Shown in pieces: positions 45,901-59,778 of a DNA stretch of 64,000 nucleotides. Source of the DNA: Euglena gracilis (taxonomy: Eukaryota); the NCBI GenBank assembly GCA_039621445.1, contig CP154954.1, forward strand, positions 25,556,954 through 25,620,953, in the 5' to 3' direction. Made by a program: the position numbers and the translations under genes. The notes under the pieces were generated by a model that saw nothing but the letters and a program-made list of their open reading frames with translations, searched no databases and was not told the origin of the DNA. Each line of letters opens with the position of its first letter. Position 1 is the first letter of the stretch.

Positions 45901-46874
45901 TGGGGGTTCGCTTTCCAAAACCCCTTTATCTTGAAGTGAAGCAGAATTGAATCCATGGCGTCTAAGGACCAGCCCATTTACGTACAAACTTGTCCCCCCA
46001 AAACTTCGTCCTCAAATTTCTATTTCCATGTTCTATTTCAATTTTTCAATCACCCACTTCCTACCCCCGGGGGGATGGGTCGGTCACTCTGGCCACTCGG
46101 CCCAAAAAACAGGCCAAAATCAATGAATTTCGCCCCCCCCCCCCAAATACCGGAGCATTCGGCGCTGCGTGGCCACTTTCGGCCGACCCTCCCCCCCTGG
46201 AGCATCCAGAGCCAAAACCAGTCAGCACCTCAAAAAATGGGGGGGGGGGCTTGTGAGGGCCACCTTTTGGGGGTCAATTTTGGGGTTCAAATTTTGTTTT
46301 CGGCAAGAAGTGCCGAAAACAAAGGAAACCTCCCACCCCCTGGGGGAGGGGGAGGGACCAGACCCCCCCCCGGGATCTGGACAGGATTGTTCAATGACAG
46401 ACTGTGTCTTGGATGAAGGCACAAGAAGGGAAAAAAGGGCGATGACTCTAAAACATCACAAGCTGTAACACAAAACTAAGCGAACTATCTTGCGTATTAC
46501 CCAAGATGTGCCCGGAATGCAGTTACGTAGATTGCTGGGTGGCTTCTCTCCAAACTCCAAATCCCAATCACAAACAGAAATCAAATCTGGGCTGACACAC
46601 ACACAAAGCAGCGGTGCAATCGAAAGCCTTGCTGTGTCGCCTTCCATAGTACAAAGCAACAGTGCAGGGGGAGGTGGAAAGCCAAAAGCAGGTCGGCTGC
46701 CCATAGATAACCAAACTGGTTAACCCCCGTCCTCAAGAGTTGTAGCCATGGATGGTTAATGGGCACGCTGGCGTGTGGGCACAAAAACTGGAAAACCCAA
46801 ATTATAAATTCATGCAAAAGAAAAGAACAAAACGGCGGCAGGGATGCCGCCACTGCCACACTAAGTACTGCTAT

Positions 46875-46966
46875 GGGGATGCCGACGCACGGTATGCGGC
46901 ACACCGTGTGGCACACCGTGCACACTGTGCTGCACACCGTGCCGCACACCGTGCGTCGGCATCCCC
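46875..46966. mobile_element. 92-bp palindromic mini-element
   Basis: Perfect 19-bp inverted repeat GGGGATGCCGACGCACGGT / ACCGTGCGTCGGCATCCCC enclosing tandem GCACACCGTG units. Confidence 0.75.
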
Positions 46967-49789
46967 TATGCGGTACAGGTTCCGCAATCCGACATTGCCC
47001 ATAGCGACCACAGTCCAAGGACCAGCCGCTTCGGGAGTCACTGGGGGGGGGGGGGCACAGCATTGGGCTCGAGTTGAGAAAGAAACGGGGAGGGGCCAGC
47101 AGAGGGGTGGGGTTGGGTGGGTTGGGGAGTGATGTCCACTGTGGTCAAAAATGAGAGGGTGAGTGGGGGGAGGCAGAGCAATTTTAGGACCTGGGGGGGC
47201 AGAGAAGGGGGTTGCGAAAAATTTAACCCCCAAAAATAAGTCCCCCTCCTGGCCGGTCCGAGCAAAAATCCATGAAATGGATTCCCCCCCCAAATAAGGT
47301 CCCCCCTGCCGGCGCGAAGCGCCGGATTTTTGAAAAATGGGACATTTTGGGGGGGTAAATCTGCCATTTTGGGACAGTTTTCACACACTTCTACGACCGC
47401 CCCCTCATCTATGACCACCCCCCGGTCACAGGTTGCAGGTTATGGGGGTGTTATGACCCCCCCCCCCCGGTCACAGGTTGCAGGAACCCGGTCATACGAC
47501 TAGGGGGGGGGGGGTAATTAATTGAATTAATTAAATTAAATTGAATTGAATTGAATTGAATTTGCCCGTGTCCAGAGCATGCACTGGGGCCAATTTGGGT
47601 GTCGATCACCCCAAGATTGCCGTGAAGGCAACGGAGGCATGAGAAGCTGAGAAAGAAAGGGACCCCCTGCAAGCTCTTCCACTCCCCTCCCCCGCACCTC
47701 CGCGCTCCTTCCCTCCACGACTCGCCCTCACCCTCGGCGGCCACGCATCCCCTCCCTGCGGGTTGGAGCTCGCCAGCTTGACCGCGGCCCTCTGTTGTGC
47801 AGTGCGGCCCGAAATGCCTGTTTTGGAGGTGGATTTCGTGACTCGACTATTTTGAATGGTTTCTTATAAGCGTTGGTCAGACAAACCGGGTGGGGAACGT
47901 GACAAGCAAACCGTGGTGCTGTCTGGCTCAGCACCGCAGCAATAGAAGCCCACCTCCGATGGATACGCAGGGGCCACTGCAAGTGGAGGGTCCAAATAGC
48001 GGCCCCTCCTCCCCAGAACAGAACGGGAATCGGCCGAACAGCCAGGGTGGTGGGTGGGGGGGGGGGGGAGGGTCGACCTCTCCCCGTATTTCCGAGAGCA
48101 CCAATTTCCGAGACCCGAAAAAAATTTTCCGGCGCCTTCGACACCGGGTGTTTTTTTTTTTTGACCAATTCTGGGACCCATATAGGGGGTTCCCCCAGAA
48201 ACACCCAAAACCCCATTTTTTCATACTTTCCAAAAACTCAACGTTTTCTCAAAATGTAGATTTTGAGTGGTTTTTGAAGCAAAAAATGCCATTGAAAGTC
48301 CAAATAAAATTCAAACGGAAAAAGTGTCAGTAAAATTTGATTGTGCCAAAATTTTGTCCACTTTTTTTTACCTTCGTTTTTTTTTCACCCCCCCCCCTGA
48401 AAACTACCATTTTTTAACCCTGAATTTTTTGTAAAAAAAAATGTCGTTTTCCATTAAAATATCATGTGTTTTGGGTTCATTTTTTCAAAAAAAAATTCTA
48501 AAGTTTTCCCGGCCAAAATTCCCGTTTTCCCGAAATCGGTGTATATGCTGTGGTGGGGGGGGGGTCGACCCACCCCCCACCTCCCGGGTTGGGGGGGGGG
48601 GGTTGACCACCTCCCCCCACCAGGCCTTCCCGTTCTGCCCGCTCCTCCCCCCGCCACCAGAGGTGGCGGTCAACTCCAGGCACACCCGCAATTCAATTTG
48701 GGGGGGACAGGGCAGTGGGGGTTTGCGGGGTGTTGGCCAATGGCCCCCCTCGCCCAGCGCCGCAAAGGGTCGCCGCCCCGCCTGGCTCGACGGCTCGCCC
48801 GACACGATGCACTGCCGCCCCCTGCCAGTCCCCTCTGACCCCCCGGATGGCCCCAGCGCCCTCTCCCCCAGCACGGCGCGGCATGGGATGGCTTGGCAGG
48901 GCATTGGGAGAGGGGGAAGGGGGGCAGGGGGAGGTGCCCGGTCGGCCGAGTGCGCCATCAGCACCTGCCCTGGGCCAGCGACCTGCCATTCGACTTTGGA
49001 CAGTTTGTGCTGTTTTGTCTGTTTGTGTTGTGTTTTTTTTTGCCCTTGTTTTTATTTATTTGTTTTTATTTATTTGCCCTTTTTTGGAAAACCTTATTGT
49101 GGAAGTTGACGTACAAACAAAATGGTCGAACATTTGAACACGAGGAAGTAGGCCGCATAACGTTGTGATCCAATGTAGTGCATGCGTGTCCCATGCAGCG
49201 CCGGTGCCATCCCCAGTAGTGCCGGAACCCCCTCCCTCCCCTGCGACGCCAGGGGCCTGCCTGCTGCCGTGGCCACCGGTCGCTGAGCCGCTCTCTCTCT
49301 CCCCCCCCCATCCCCTGCACTGGGCCACTGCTGCCACGGACTGGTAGTTCGGTCCGGCGGGCAACCCGGCCAAGATGGGTCCCCCGAGGAGCACGGCGCC
49401 GGCTGCCACTTGGCTTCATGTGGGCGTGTTGCGCTGTCCAGTGCTGCGGGGTGTGTTGTGCCTCCAGAGAAGGGGTATGAAATTGAAGACCTTTTGTTGA
49501 TTTCGAAAAAATCTGTGGGTTTGTGTGATTGAGTGTGAGGAGTGAGCGAGTGAGTGAGTGAGTGAGTGAGTATGTCTGTGTGCGTGCTTTCCCTTTTCTT
49601 TTGCATTTTGGTGATTTTTTCTGCATTCTGGGGGGGAAAAATGGGAGTGAACGCGAAGTCTCATTTTTATTTTGTATTTCCAATGTGGTTTTTGTTGTGT
49701 CCAACTTTAAAAACATTTTCCTTTTTTTGAATCTTTGGACAAATGAATTGATGGGTATTTTATCAGCGGCGTTGCTTGCATCGGGCTCA

Positions 49790-50438
<649 letters not shown>

Positions 50439-51807
50439 TACCCACCATCCACCCCCCTCTCCCCACCAAACTCAACGTCTTCTTATTTTAGATTTTCGCT
50501 TGGTCGGCCCGGGTCTTATTTTTGTGGGGTCTTATTGGGGGGGGGGGGCTTATTTTGGGGGGGGGGGTACCCAAAATGAGATTTTTCGATGAAACTTCAC
50601 CAATTTTTTAATTTTTTAAAGTGCCAAAAATGTGGTAAATGTCAACTTACACCAATTATGAAAAAAAGATGTTTTTTTCTCAGCCCGGGTCAGAAGAAAA
50701 AATCCAGGGAATAAGACCCCCCTGCAGGTTTCCAGCAACCCAAAAACAAGGCCCAGGCCGTATTTTTTGGGGGGGTCATGGGCCTCTGCCACAAAACGCC
50801 TGACATGATCTGATTTTGGGAGTTCCGCACGTGATGGAGGGGTCCACCCGGGCTGGCTGGGTGGGATGGACCTTCCCTGGGGGTCTTTGAAAGAAGCCTG
50901 CAGTACCCCCCCCCCGGGGGGGGGGGGGGGTGGACTGCAGCTGGTCCAAATTTGGCCAGTGGGATTTCTAGCAGACCCCCCCGGGGGGGCCTGCTAGCAG
51001 GGCTAGCTAGTGGAAATTTTTTGGGACCCCCCAAAAATGGCCAAAAATGCCCACTTTTGGCCATTTTCGGGAATTTTTGGAACAAAATCAGCCAAAAACC
51101 CATTAAAAGCCTCATTTCCACCTCGGCGCTGCGCGCCGAAGGAAACCCCCGGACCCCCCCCCCCCCCCGGGGGGTCTAGCTAGCCCATTTTTTCCAGTGT
51201 CCAGCCGATTGGCTAGCCAGTACTCCCCCCCCCGGGTCCTTAAGCAAAAGCCTGGCCTTCACACAGAAGTATTTTGCATCTTTTTCAATTTTTTAAATAT
51301 TTTATTTTTTTTGCATTTTCCTCCTACGGGTTTTCAACATAAATGTAAACCAATAGATTGCCTCAGAAAAATTTTCATTTTGACTAGATTTTCCCCCGCA
51401 ACCAATCTCGGCATAATTTTTTTGTGATTGTTTTTTATTATCAAAATGGTTTCTTTGTGTAATCATAATAATTTTTCTTTTTTTGTGTCGCCTTGGGACA
51501 GGGTTATTTTTTTACTGGTAACCCTTGTTTAAGGACCACCTTTATCCAAATGGCTTCCAACGGCCGGTCTGGATCTCGGATGGGTGAAACATTAAAACCA
51601 CATTTTTGGGTGTTTTTGGTGGATTGGCGATGGTCCAAGGGTGCTGGAAATCAAAATTTTCCAACGACAACCTGTTTTCACCAGAGAATTTTCTCATTTT
51701 TTCCCTTTTTTTTCCCCTGTGGATGCTCAGTTGAATGTGGGTATTCTGAGTGGTTTTTATTCCCACTTATGGACCGCCCTTCTTCTTCTTCATCCCCAAG
51801 GGTCCCA

Positions 51808-53012
51808 GCAAATGTGGAATCCTAATTTTGGTTATCTTAGCCTCCGTGGAGCCTCCGCGGACGCTGGTTACCTTATGAGCCCCGCGGAGGCAACCAATCT
51901 TGTACGCGGGCCACGTCTGAGAAATAAAAATATATATATATTTTACGGGTTGACGCCAATCCCCCCCCCACACCCCTCCCCACTAGCCCCTCACTAATGC
52001 CCAGAGGAAGAGGAATTTATTTTATTTTTTTTTTCACCCAACTCCACAAAAAAATTTTCCCATTTTTGCCACATATCCCTAAAAAATATTTTCTGTTTGG
52101 ACTCCAACACCGCCCACATCCCCACATAAGGCAAAACTCTTTCCCCTCTCACATGCCCCATACCCCCCGTTTGCCACAAAAACGATACCCAAAATTGTGA
52201 TCCTGTTGAGATTTGTCTCAACTTTGATTCAAGATTATACTGCATCTTCCACCAGGGTGAACCAACAGTCACGTGAGGGGGGGAGGAGGTGGTAGGCAAA
52301 CTGCACAGATGTCATGTTGTCAGCATGGATGTCATGTTGCAAAAAAGGTGACATGAAATCCAAGGTGGCGTCCATTTGGCTGTGCCCGGGGGGGGGGGTC
52401 TCCCCCCAGACCCACCCCCACCCCCCTCCCCTTTACCCCCTTCCCCCTGCCCCCTCGCCCGCTCCCCAATGACAACATCCTCTTGTGTGGACAAAATTTG
52501 GCGGACATGGCGTAAATAGCAAACAGGTAAACAATAAAAGCAAAATCGGGCGGACATTTCGTTTTGTGGCAAATGGATAAATGGTTTTCGAACAAGTTTG
52601 GCGGACACGGCGTAAATGACAAACGGGTGAACGGTCTGTGCCACATCAAGCGGACATGTAAATACAATTCTGGCGTGGTTTTTTTTGTATCCTCTGTGCA
52701 AATGGGCAGAAATGGTTCTCACTGGTTTGGAAGCGGATGATCTGCCACTGAGTGCAGTCGCCGTGTTTGACATTGAATACTGTTTCTCTTTATAACACAA
52801 AAAAAACAAATTCCCGTACATTTCTAAGTTCACAACATGCTCTGGAAAATCTGGTTACCTTAACCTCCGCGGAGCCTCCGCGGAGGCTGGTTATCTTAGA
52901 GCCTCTGCGGAGTCTGGTTACCTTGAGCCTCCGCGGAGGCTCTGGGGAGGCTCCGCGGAGCCTCCGCGATGGCTCTGCGGAGGCATCCTAAAAGTTAGGA
53001 TTCCACTTTTGC
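51808..53012. mobile_element. Non-autonomous TIR element with CCTCCGCGGAGG palindromic subterminal repeats
   Basis: TIR GCAAATGTGGAATCCTAATTTT / AAAGTTAGGATTCCACTTTTGC (20/22); GGTTA(C/T)CTT plus CCTCCGCGGAG units near both ends. Confidence 0.75.
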
Positions 53013-54120
53013 GGTAGGTGGTGATTTTGGTGGATTGGCGATGGTCCAAGGGTGCTGGAAATCAACTTTTTCCAACGACAACCTGTTTTTACCGAGAATT
53101 TTCTCATTTTCGCCTTTTTTTCCCTTGCGGATGCTGAGTTGAATGTGGGCATTCTGAGTGGTTTTTTTATTTAAGGACTGCCCTTCTCATCAGTCATTCA
53201 TCCCCCCCAAAAGGTTTATTTCGAGCTTATTTTGGCTTTGGTAGCCTGTGGAATACCAAATTTCTTAAAATGCTAAAAGTGTGTGGATGGGGTTGGCTCA
53301 GACCCACCCACCCACCCACCCAACCCTGCCCCCCCAGGGGTCAGCAAAACGTAAAAAAAAAAAAGCTCAAACTTTTCTGATGTCAATGCAAACGGAGAAA
53401 TGGACCGCACTCCAATGAAAAGAAACTCTGATGGGTTGATTTTGGAAAGAATTGGTGGAAATTCAACGGACAATTAATACGCACACCCCCCAGGCCAAGG
53501 TTGACTGTAAGGTTCAGGGGAGGGGGGGGGGGGCAAGTGGGTACCCCGCTGGAGGCTGGGCTTTGCTCTATTTTTGTGCCAAGGCCCGTAAATGTTTGGA
53601 TCCCAAATTGCCGCCCCCCAAAGTGGGTCCCCCGAGCCCACCCTCCCCCCCCGGTCCCCCCCCCCCTGGGGTGGGGGGAGGGTCCAGACCGCCCCCCCCC
53701 CCGGTCCCAAAAGCCACCTCAGATCGACGCCCTTTTCCGACGGTGAAACTGGACGGAATGTTCCCCAAAGACCCATGCCAGTTCCTTGTCACGGCCGCCG
53801 GGCTCCCGGTGAGTGTGCTCATCCTTCCCTCTGAGGTGTCGACATCGCCCCCGGGGCTGAGCCCCCCTGGGCGTCGGGTGCCTGGCCTTGCCCACACCCG
53901 GCCCAGGGGTGGCTGGGCCCAGATGTCCCCGGCCGCCTTCCGGGGCGGCTCATCTCTCCCAGTCTTGATGGTCCTTTTTGTGACAGACTTTTGTTTGTCC
54001 CGCCATTTTTTGAATGTGCTCTGTAACCCCCCCCCCCCGGCGCTTAATCCCCCCTTTCATGCAAATTTGTACCCCTAAAGTTGGCCTTGGCTCCTAACTT
54101 ACATGCCCTACCCTCCCTCA

Positions 54121-56210
54121 GGCGGCGCATCTCGCACTTAAGTTTTTTTTGTCGATTTTCGCTCATCGACCATTTTTTTATTTGGGTGCTGGCGTTACAA
54201 GGGGAGAGAGTGAGAGGCAGCAGGATAGGAAAAAATACGGGCGATTTCTCATTTTTGGCACCGGCTCTCCTGAGAATTACGCTTTTTTGCTGTTTTTTTT
54301 TGGTGGTCGGAATGACACGAAAACCCCCGGACCTGTCCCCCCAAAATGAAAAACACCGACAAAAGCACCAAAATGCCGGTACCGCCTTCCCCCTTTTGGT
54401 GCGATGCGACTCTCCTCACTGGTTCAGCCATGTTTTGAACAAATAAAGCAGGTCGATGTGCGCAATTGCGCACATCGTCCATTCGATGATTGCCTGAAGA
54501 ACGTCCATAAATGCTCCAAGATTCATACTTTTGAAAACGGTGGGTCAAATACCGTGAGTTTGGGGGCGAAGATGAGATCGGTTTGTTGGAGACCCTGGCT
54601 GGCTCCCTCCAGGGGTTTTTGACGCACTTTTCTTGTTTTTGCCGGCCTAAGACTTTTGTTCGTTTGCCAGAGCGCGGAGAACAAGCATGGGGGGTAGGGG
54701 GGCTCCAATCACGCCGCCGGCCCGTGCAGAGAAAGTGGTTTGAAGGGGAGGGATGGGTCGCGAGTCCCCACCGAACTTGCAGTGGGATGCGTCCGGCCAA
54801 ATTGTATCGTGATGAAATGGGAGAATTGATGACACAGATTTCACTGGAATGATTTTTTTGTTGCGCAAATGCGCACATTCGACAACGTGTGCGCATTTGC
54901 GCACACCAAACTCATGTCCCTTTCCATGAAGCGGGAACGGGCCTCGCTGATTTGAGCTTTTTGAAACAAACAATAACTGAAAGAGCTTACCATGCAGCTT
55001 TGCTCTGAAAACAGACAGAAATACACTAGAAGCATCAATTACCAGGTCGGAATTAAAGAAAAAGTGGTCGGTTTGCGCAAATGCGCACGTGGTCCGCATT
55101 TGCACACTTTCAAACACCGACCACATGTGTAAAGGTTGACGTTGTCGGAGTGCGAAATGGGCACACCATGATAACGTGCGCATTTGCGCACACCAACCAC
55201 GATAGCAAAATTCAGACAGAACACATCAAACACGACCCCAAACACCACCTGTAATGGCTCCTTCGGTGTGCAACTTACTCAGCTGCCAAACGCTCTCCTC
55301 AACGATGAGGCTGTTTTCAAGGCCAATTCTGGTCCAGTGACAGGTCCAGGTCCATGTGGAGACCGTAGACCTCTGGTAGGTGGTCCGCCGCTCGCACGTC
55401 ACGACACACGTGCAATGACTCTGCTTGGGGTGGCCCTCGAAAACCCCCGCCACTTGCCCCCTGGCTTGCGTTTTGCTGCACCAGTCACATCAGCTGATGA
55501 TAGCTGGTTGCACTTAAGCATCCACCAGGCCGTCATGAACCCCCGGTTCAGCAGCAGCCACCGACGTTGTGGAATTGGATCCCCATTCAGACAATCAAAA
55601 AAAACCAAAAAAAAAAAAGAATAAAAAACAAACAAAATAAAAAAAAAAACACAAAAAAAAACAAAAAAAAACCAGCCGGGACGGCAGACTGGGTGGGCGG
55701 GCAAGCTGCTAGTCCATGGAAACAATGGAAAATGGGGCAACTCATTCTTTTGGAGGTAGAGAATATTTGATGTTTACACCTGGTTGGGTTGCGTGAAAGT
55801 ATTGGGACTCAGCACCCTTGTTTTTCTGAGGGAAAAATGAGGCATTATTATTGTGGCAAAAACAGAAAAATTGTCCTGGCCAAGGCGTCAGGAAGATTAC
55901 ATATGCGTAATTTTTGAGATTCTGGAAGTCGTTATTTTTTTGAAGAAAGGTGTCCAGCAATCATGGGGGGTTACACATCATCGATTCCTCCCCGCAATTT
56001 CCAAACTGATGGCACGAAAACGATTGGTCGTACGAGTTGGGGATCAGATATGCAAAATTTGCCCTTGGAGAGGACAATAATTCTCCTGTCATATAGTGTG
56101 TTCCACTGCACGTTACGCATAACATAGAAAAACCAAATTTTCTTCACCACACAATATCTTCAACACAATAGTTTGCGCACACAGTGGTCAGTGTGCACAA
56201 ATGCACACGT
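54121..56210. mobile_element. Second member of the TGCGCAAATGCGCA cargo-element family (right end not found)
   Basis: Left end TCA|GGCGGCGCATCTCGCACTTAAGTTTT resembles TTA|GGCGGCCGGATTCGCATTTAAACTTTT at 28776; motifs and hairpins at about 54458, 54862-54903, 55073-55106, 55150-55192 and 56173-56208. Confidence 0.6.
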
Positions 56211-57345
56211 CAATTGTTAAGGATGAAGAGCACTCTATAACACGGGGGCAAAACAAAGGCACATTTACAAGCCACCGTTCTATGTCACAAATTGCAAAAT
56301 GATTTTTTTCTTCACTTCTTGTCCCTTGACCTCCTTGTATGCAAGCCTGGCCCTTTGTTAGCTCTGTTTCTTTGGCATTTCCCCCATATCTGATTGCAGG
56401 CGCATTTCCCAGAGGTTGCCCCCCCCGTCTTAAGTCTTGGCTGGGAAGGACGTCGTGCAAGTTGGGGGGCGGTTGTTGGAGTTAGGTTTTGGGGGGGGGG
56501 GGGCAGGAACCGGCATGGTACAGCGATGTGTGCTTATCCTGAAATGGTAACTCAGATAAGCCTGAGACCCCCAACTACAGTTTGGATCAGCCCGACCCTC
56601 AAATACGGATTGATGAGGATAATGGAATGATGGATTGGTAAGGAAAATAAGCATGACGAACGAGGATTCGACAGGGACGGGAGTGGGTGTGAAGCAGCCC
56701 AGTGTCAGCGTACATCAGCGTGTATTGGATGTAGGCCATTCTGTTTTATTCTGGTGTTTTGGATGGTTGACCAGCGTTGCAACTAAGGAAACCACAGATA
56801 ACGACTTTTTACACGGAAAATTGCAAATTTCGGATGACCACGGATAACCGCGGTTTATACGGATAATTGCCATTTTGTATGAACAAAAAAAACATAAAAA
56901 ATTCCATTCCCAGCATGGTGTGTGGAGGGCGATGTGCTCCCACAGGGGTATGCCAACATGTCTCCACCCCTGGAGGCGTGTCCAGCACTTGGGCCCCTGT
57001 CCGCGACGCATATCCGTCTCGGCGCCTTTGTCCCGTCGTCCGTCGCGTCCCACCGCCCATCCCGTCCCATTGGGGAGCCCCACTTCCTCCGGCGTCTGCT
57101 CCTCTCCGTGCGTTGCCATCCCATGGGTTTGGTCTCTTCTTGCCTGCTGTGCCCCCCCCCACTCAGAAGCCCCCCCTCCCCGGAGGGATTTAGATGGTCC
57201 GATTTGGTCCGATTTAGATGGTCCGATCAAAACTGAACATTTTTCCCCACCTGTCAACCCCCAGTGAGAGATACTCAAAATTTTGTTTGAGGGTGTGCGG
57301 AAACAGAACGCAACTTTTTTGCAAGTTTTTGTAGGACCGTTTGTA

Positions 57346-57707
57346 GGCGGATATCCGCACATATGAATTGATGAAACGTTGGGAAGCTTCATGCACAGCT
57401 GCCGGCGTGTTGTATTTTTATTTTGTATGATGGATGGTGCTGTGTCAGGGATGGGGATGGGGATGCAACACACACGGCATTTGAATGATGTGAGTGAGCC
57501 GCATACCTTTCAGATGGAAACCTGCGCAGAAGGGATTGACAATGAGAAGAGTTCGTGTTTGTGAACGACACGTGGCAGCGGGAAGTGGGAACGCGCTGAA
57601 ACCTCCAGAGGTCGATCATCGTGTGAAGTTGTTAATGAACAAATTTGGGGGAGAGGGAGGGTGACTTTGCGACGTTAGTGAATGGTAAGAGTGGGCGGTT
57701 ATCCGCC
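57346..57707. mobile_element. Possible small TIR element with GGCGG ends
   Basis: GGCGGATATCCGC / GCGGTTATCCGCC (12/13 inverse match); no TSD seen. Confidence 0.35.
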
Positions 57708-59778
57708 CACTCCGCTTTTATTTTAGACAGGTTTCCGCCCAGATGTGGTTTGGGCGGAAACCTGCATGGAGCTTGTTGGTGTCCCGATGGGTTGTGTCTG
57801 TGATGTTTTGGTGTCCCGAAGTGTCCCGGTGTCGGTGGTGGTGCGCGGCGACATAATTTTTAAAAGTTGGGCTGGACAGGTTGAAAGGGAGCTGTGGTTG
57901 CTGCACCTTGGCAGCAAGCACCCAAGCAGGCGGAAACCCGCCTGGCTTTTGAGCAGGAGGTGGACACCCTCCTCTCCAGTGAGGAGGCGGCAATGTTCCC
58001 CCTGGCCGGTGGTGGGGTCGTCTGCAGGGACAGCAGTGGAACACATGTGTCAGTTGCCCGGCCGGCTGTGCTGCAGTAGAGGTGATGTTTTTCACTGTCC
58101 TGAAAAACAGCAAAAAACCTGAGGTTGATTTTTCAAAAGGGAAGACGCACCTCCCAGGGCCCTCTATTTGGACCCAACGTTGTTGGTGGTCCAAAATCAG
58201 GGTTTGGGGATGGCTGACGAAGAAGTGATTCACGATATGGACGGAGAAACGCCTGTTTCAGCGGCTGGTGGCGGCAATCGAAAAATTTTGGGGGGATTTC
58301 GGAAGGGGTTCTCCAAGTTCTGAAAAATTCAAGGCCTTTTTAATTGTTTTTTGAAAGAGTTTTCCAGCATTTTTCCTTTGAAAAGCTGCAGTTTTTGCTG
58401 AAATTCAGACAAAATGCCCAAACCACCTCTTTTTTTCTGGCTCTCCTTCCTTTAGGTCCGGCAACGTGCCTCCAAAGGAGGCAACAGTGGTCTCCACAGT
58501 CAGAAATCGCGTGGAGGGGGGTAAACCAGAAGGTTGTCTGTTCTCAATCAACGCCGGGTCGATGTTTGACCCGATGCAGTTGGCATCCATGTAACCCCCC
58601 TGAGCACAAGTGTTTCCGACCAGGGGTGGTCCTTTTCAAAACCACCCCTGCTCTGAGTGCCCGAGTTTAAAGGTCGCAGGTCTCCTCTCGTTTGGTCAAC
58701 CCCCTCTTGTGCAATCTCCTCTCCCTGGTTTCCATAAACCAAAACCCCTCAAACCCTACACAACACGCCAGACACCATTCAGCTGCAAACTTTCCAAGCT
58801 TGGCAACTAAATCTGTCGGGGGGAGGGATAAAAAGAAGGCCAGGGGGGGGGGGGGCGCCTTAAAAGAAGCCCTCCCCACCATTCCTCTTTTGCCCAAAAT
58901 GGTCACCACCTCGAAGTCACTGCCCGCGTTGACAGGGGTTGCCATCTTGCATAATTCAAAGTTGGGGTCCAGTATACTCACTGCACTGTGAGTCGCCTGC
59001 CAATCTGACCTGAGGCTGGGTTTGGCCTGGGCTTGGTCAGTGAAGGTGGGAAAACCCGCTCCCAGAGGAATGGCCTCGATGATCCACCGCGCACCGAAGC
59101 ATAGCTGGCTGGGGCACTGCTGCGTGGGGCGGGGCCGTGCCAGTGTGCACCACACCAGTGTGTACCACAACCCATGGGCTGGCAGAGGCTTTGCTGCTGA
59201 CGGTTGGGTACCCACAAGATTCTCAGGTGTACCAACATTCAATTCCTACCCTATATACCCTGACCCCCCCCCCCGGGTATAGGTCCATTTCAGCCTGACC
59301 ATAACAAGTTGCAGGGTTCATTTCCCACGGAACAGATATTGGCCCAGGTAAACAATTTTGTGCACCTCTGACATCGCACCCCACCACATCTCATTGCCCC
59401 ACCACACAACACATCACGCCCCAAGTTTTGTCGCTTCCCATTGCAAATTTGCGAGCCTCTTTTTTCGCGTCCTCATGGCCATCATTTCATCATTTTTCTC
59501 ATGTGGTAACGTTGTCTGAGAACTGAACCCATGTCCCCAAGCGGTTTTTTGGCGGTATTTTTTAAAAAATCTTTTTTTAAAAGTTTAAAAGTTTAAACAC
59601 CCAGGGTTATACAGCAGTTTTGAAGGATTAAAGGTTTCTCGAGCCCCTGTTTATGAGGTTGTGTGCACCCCCTTTTGCTTCACACTCATCGCCTGTCAAT
59701 GGACCCATGCGGCGGAGGCGGGGGAGGGGGACGCCCCCCCAACCAACCCCCCCCCCTTGCCCCAGAGGCCTCCGACCG

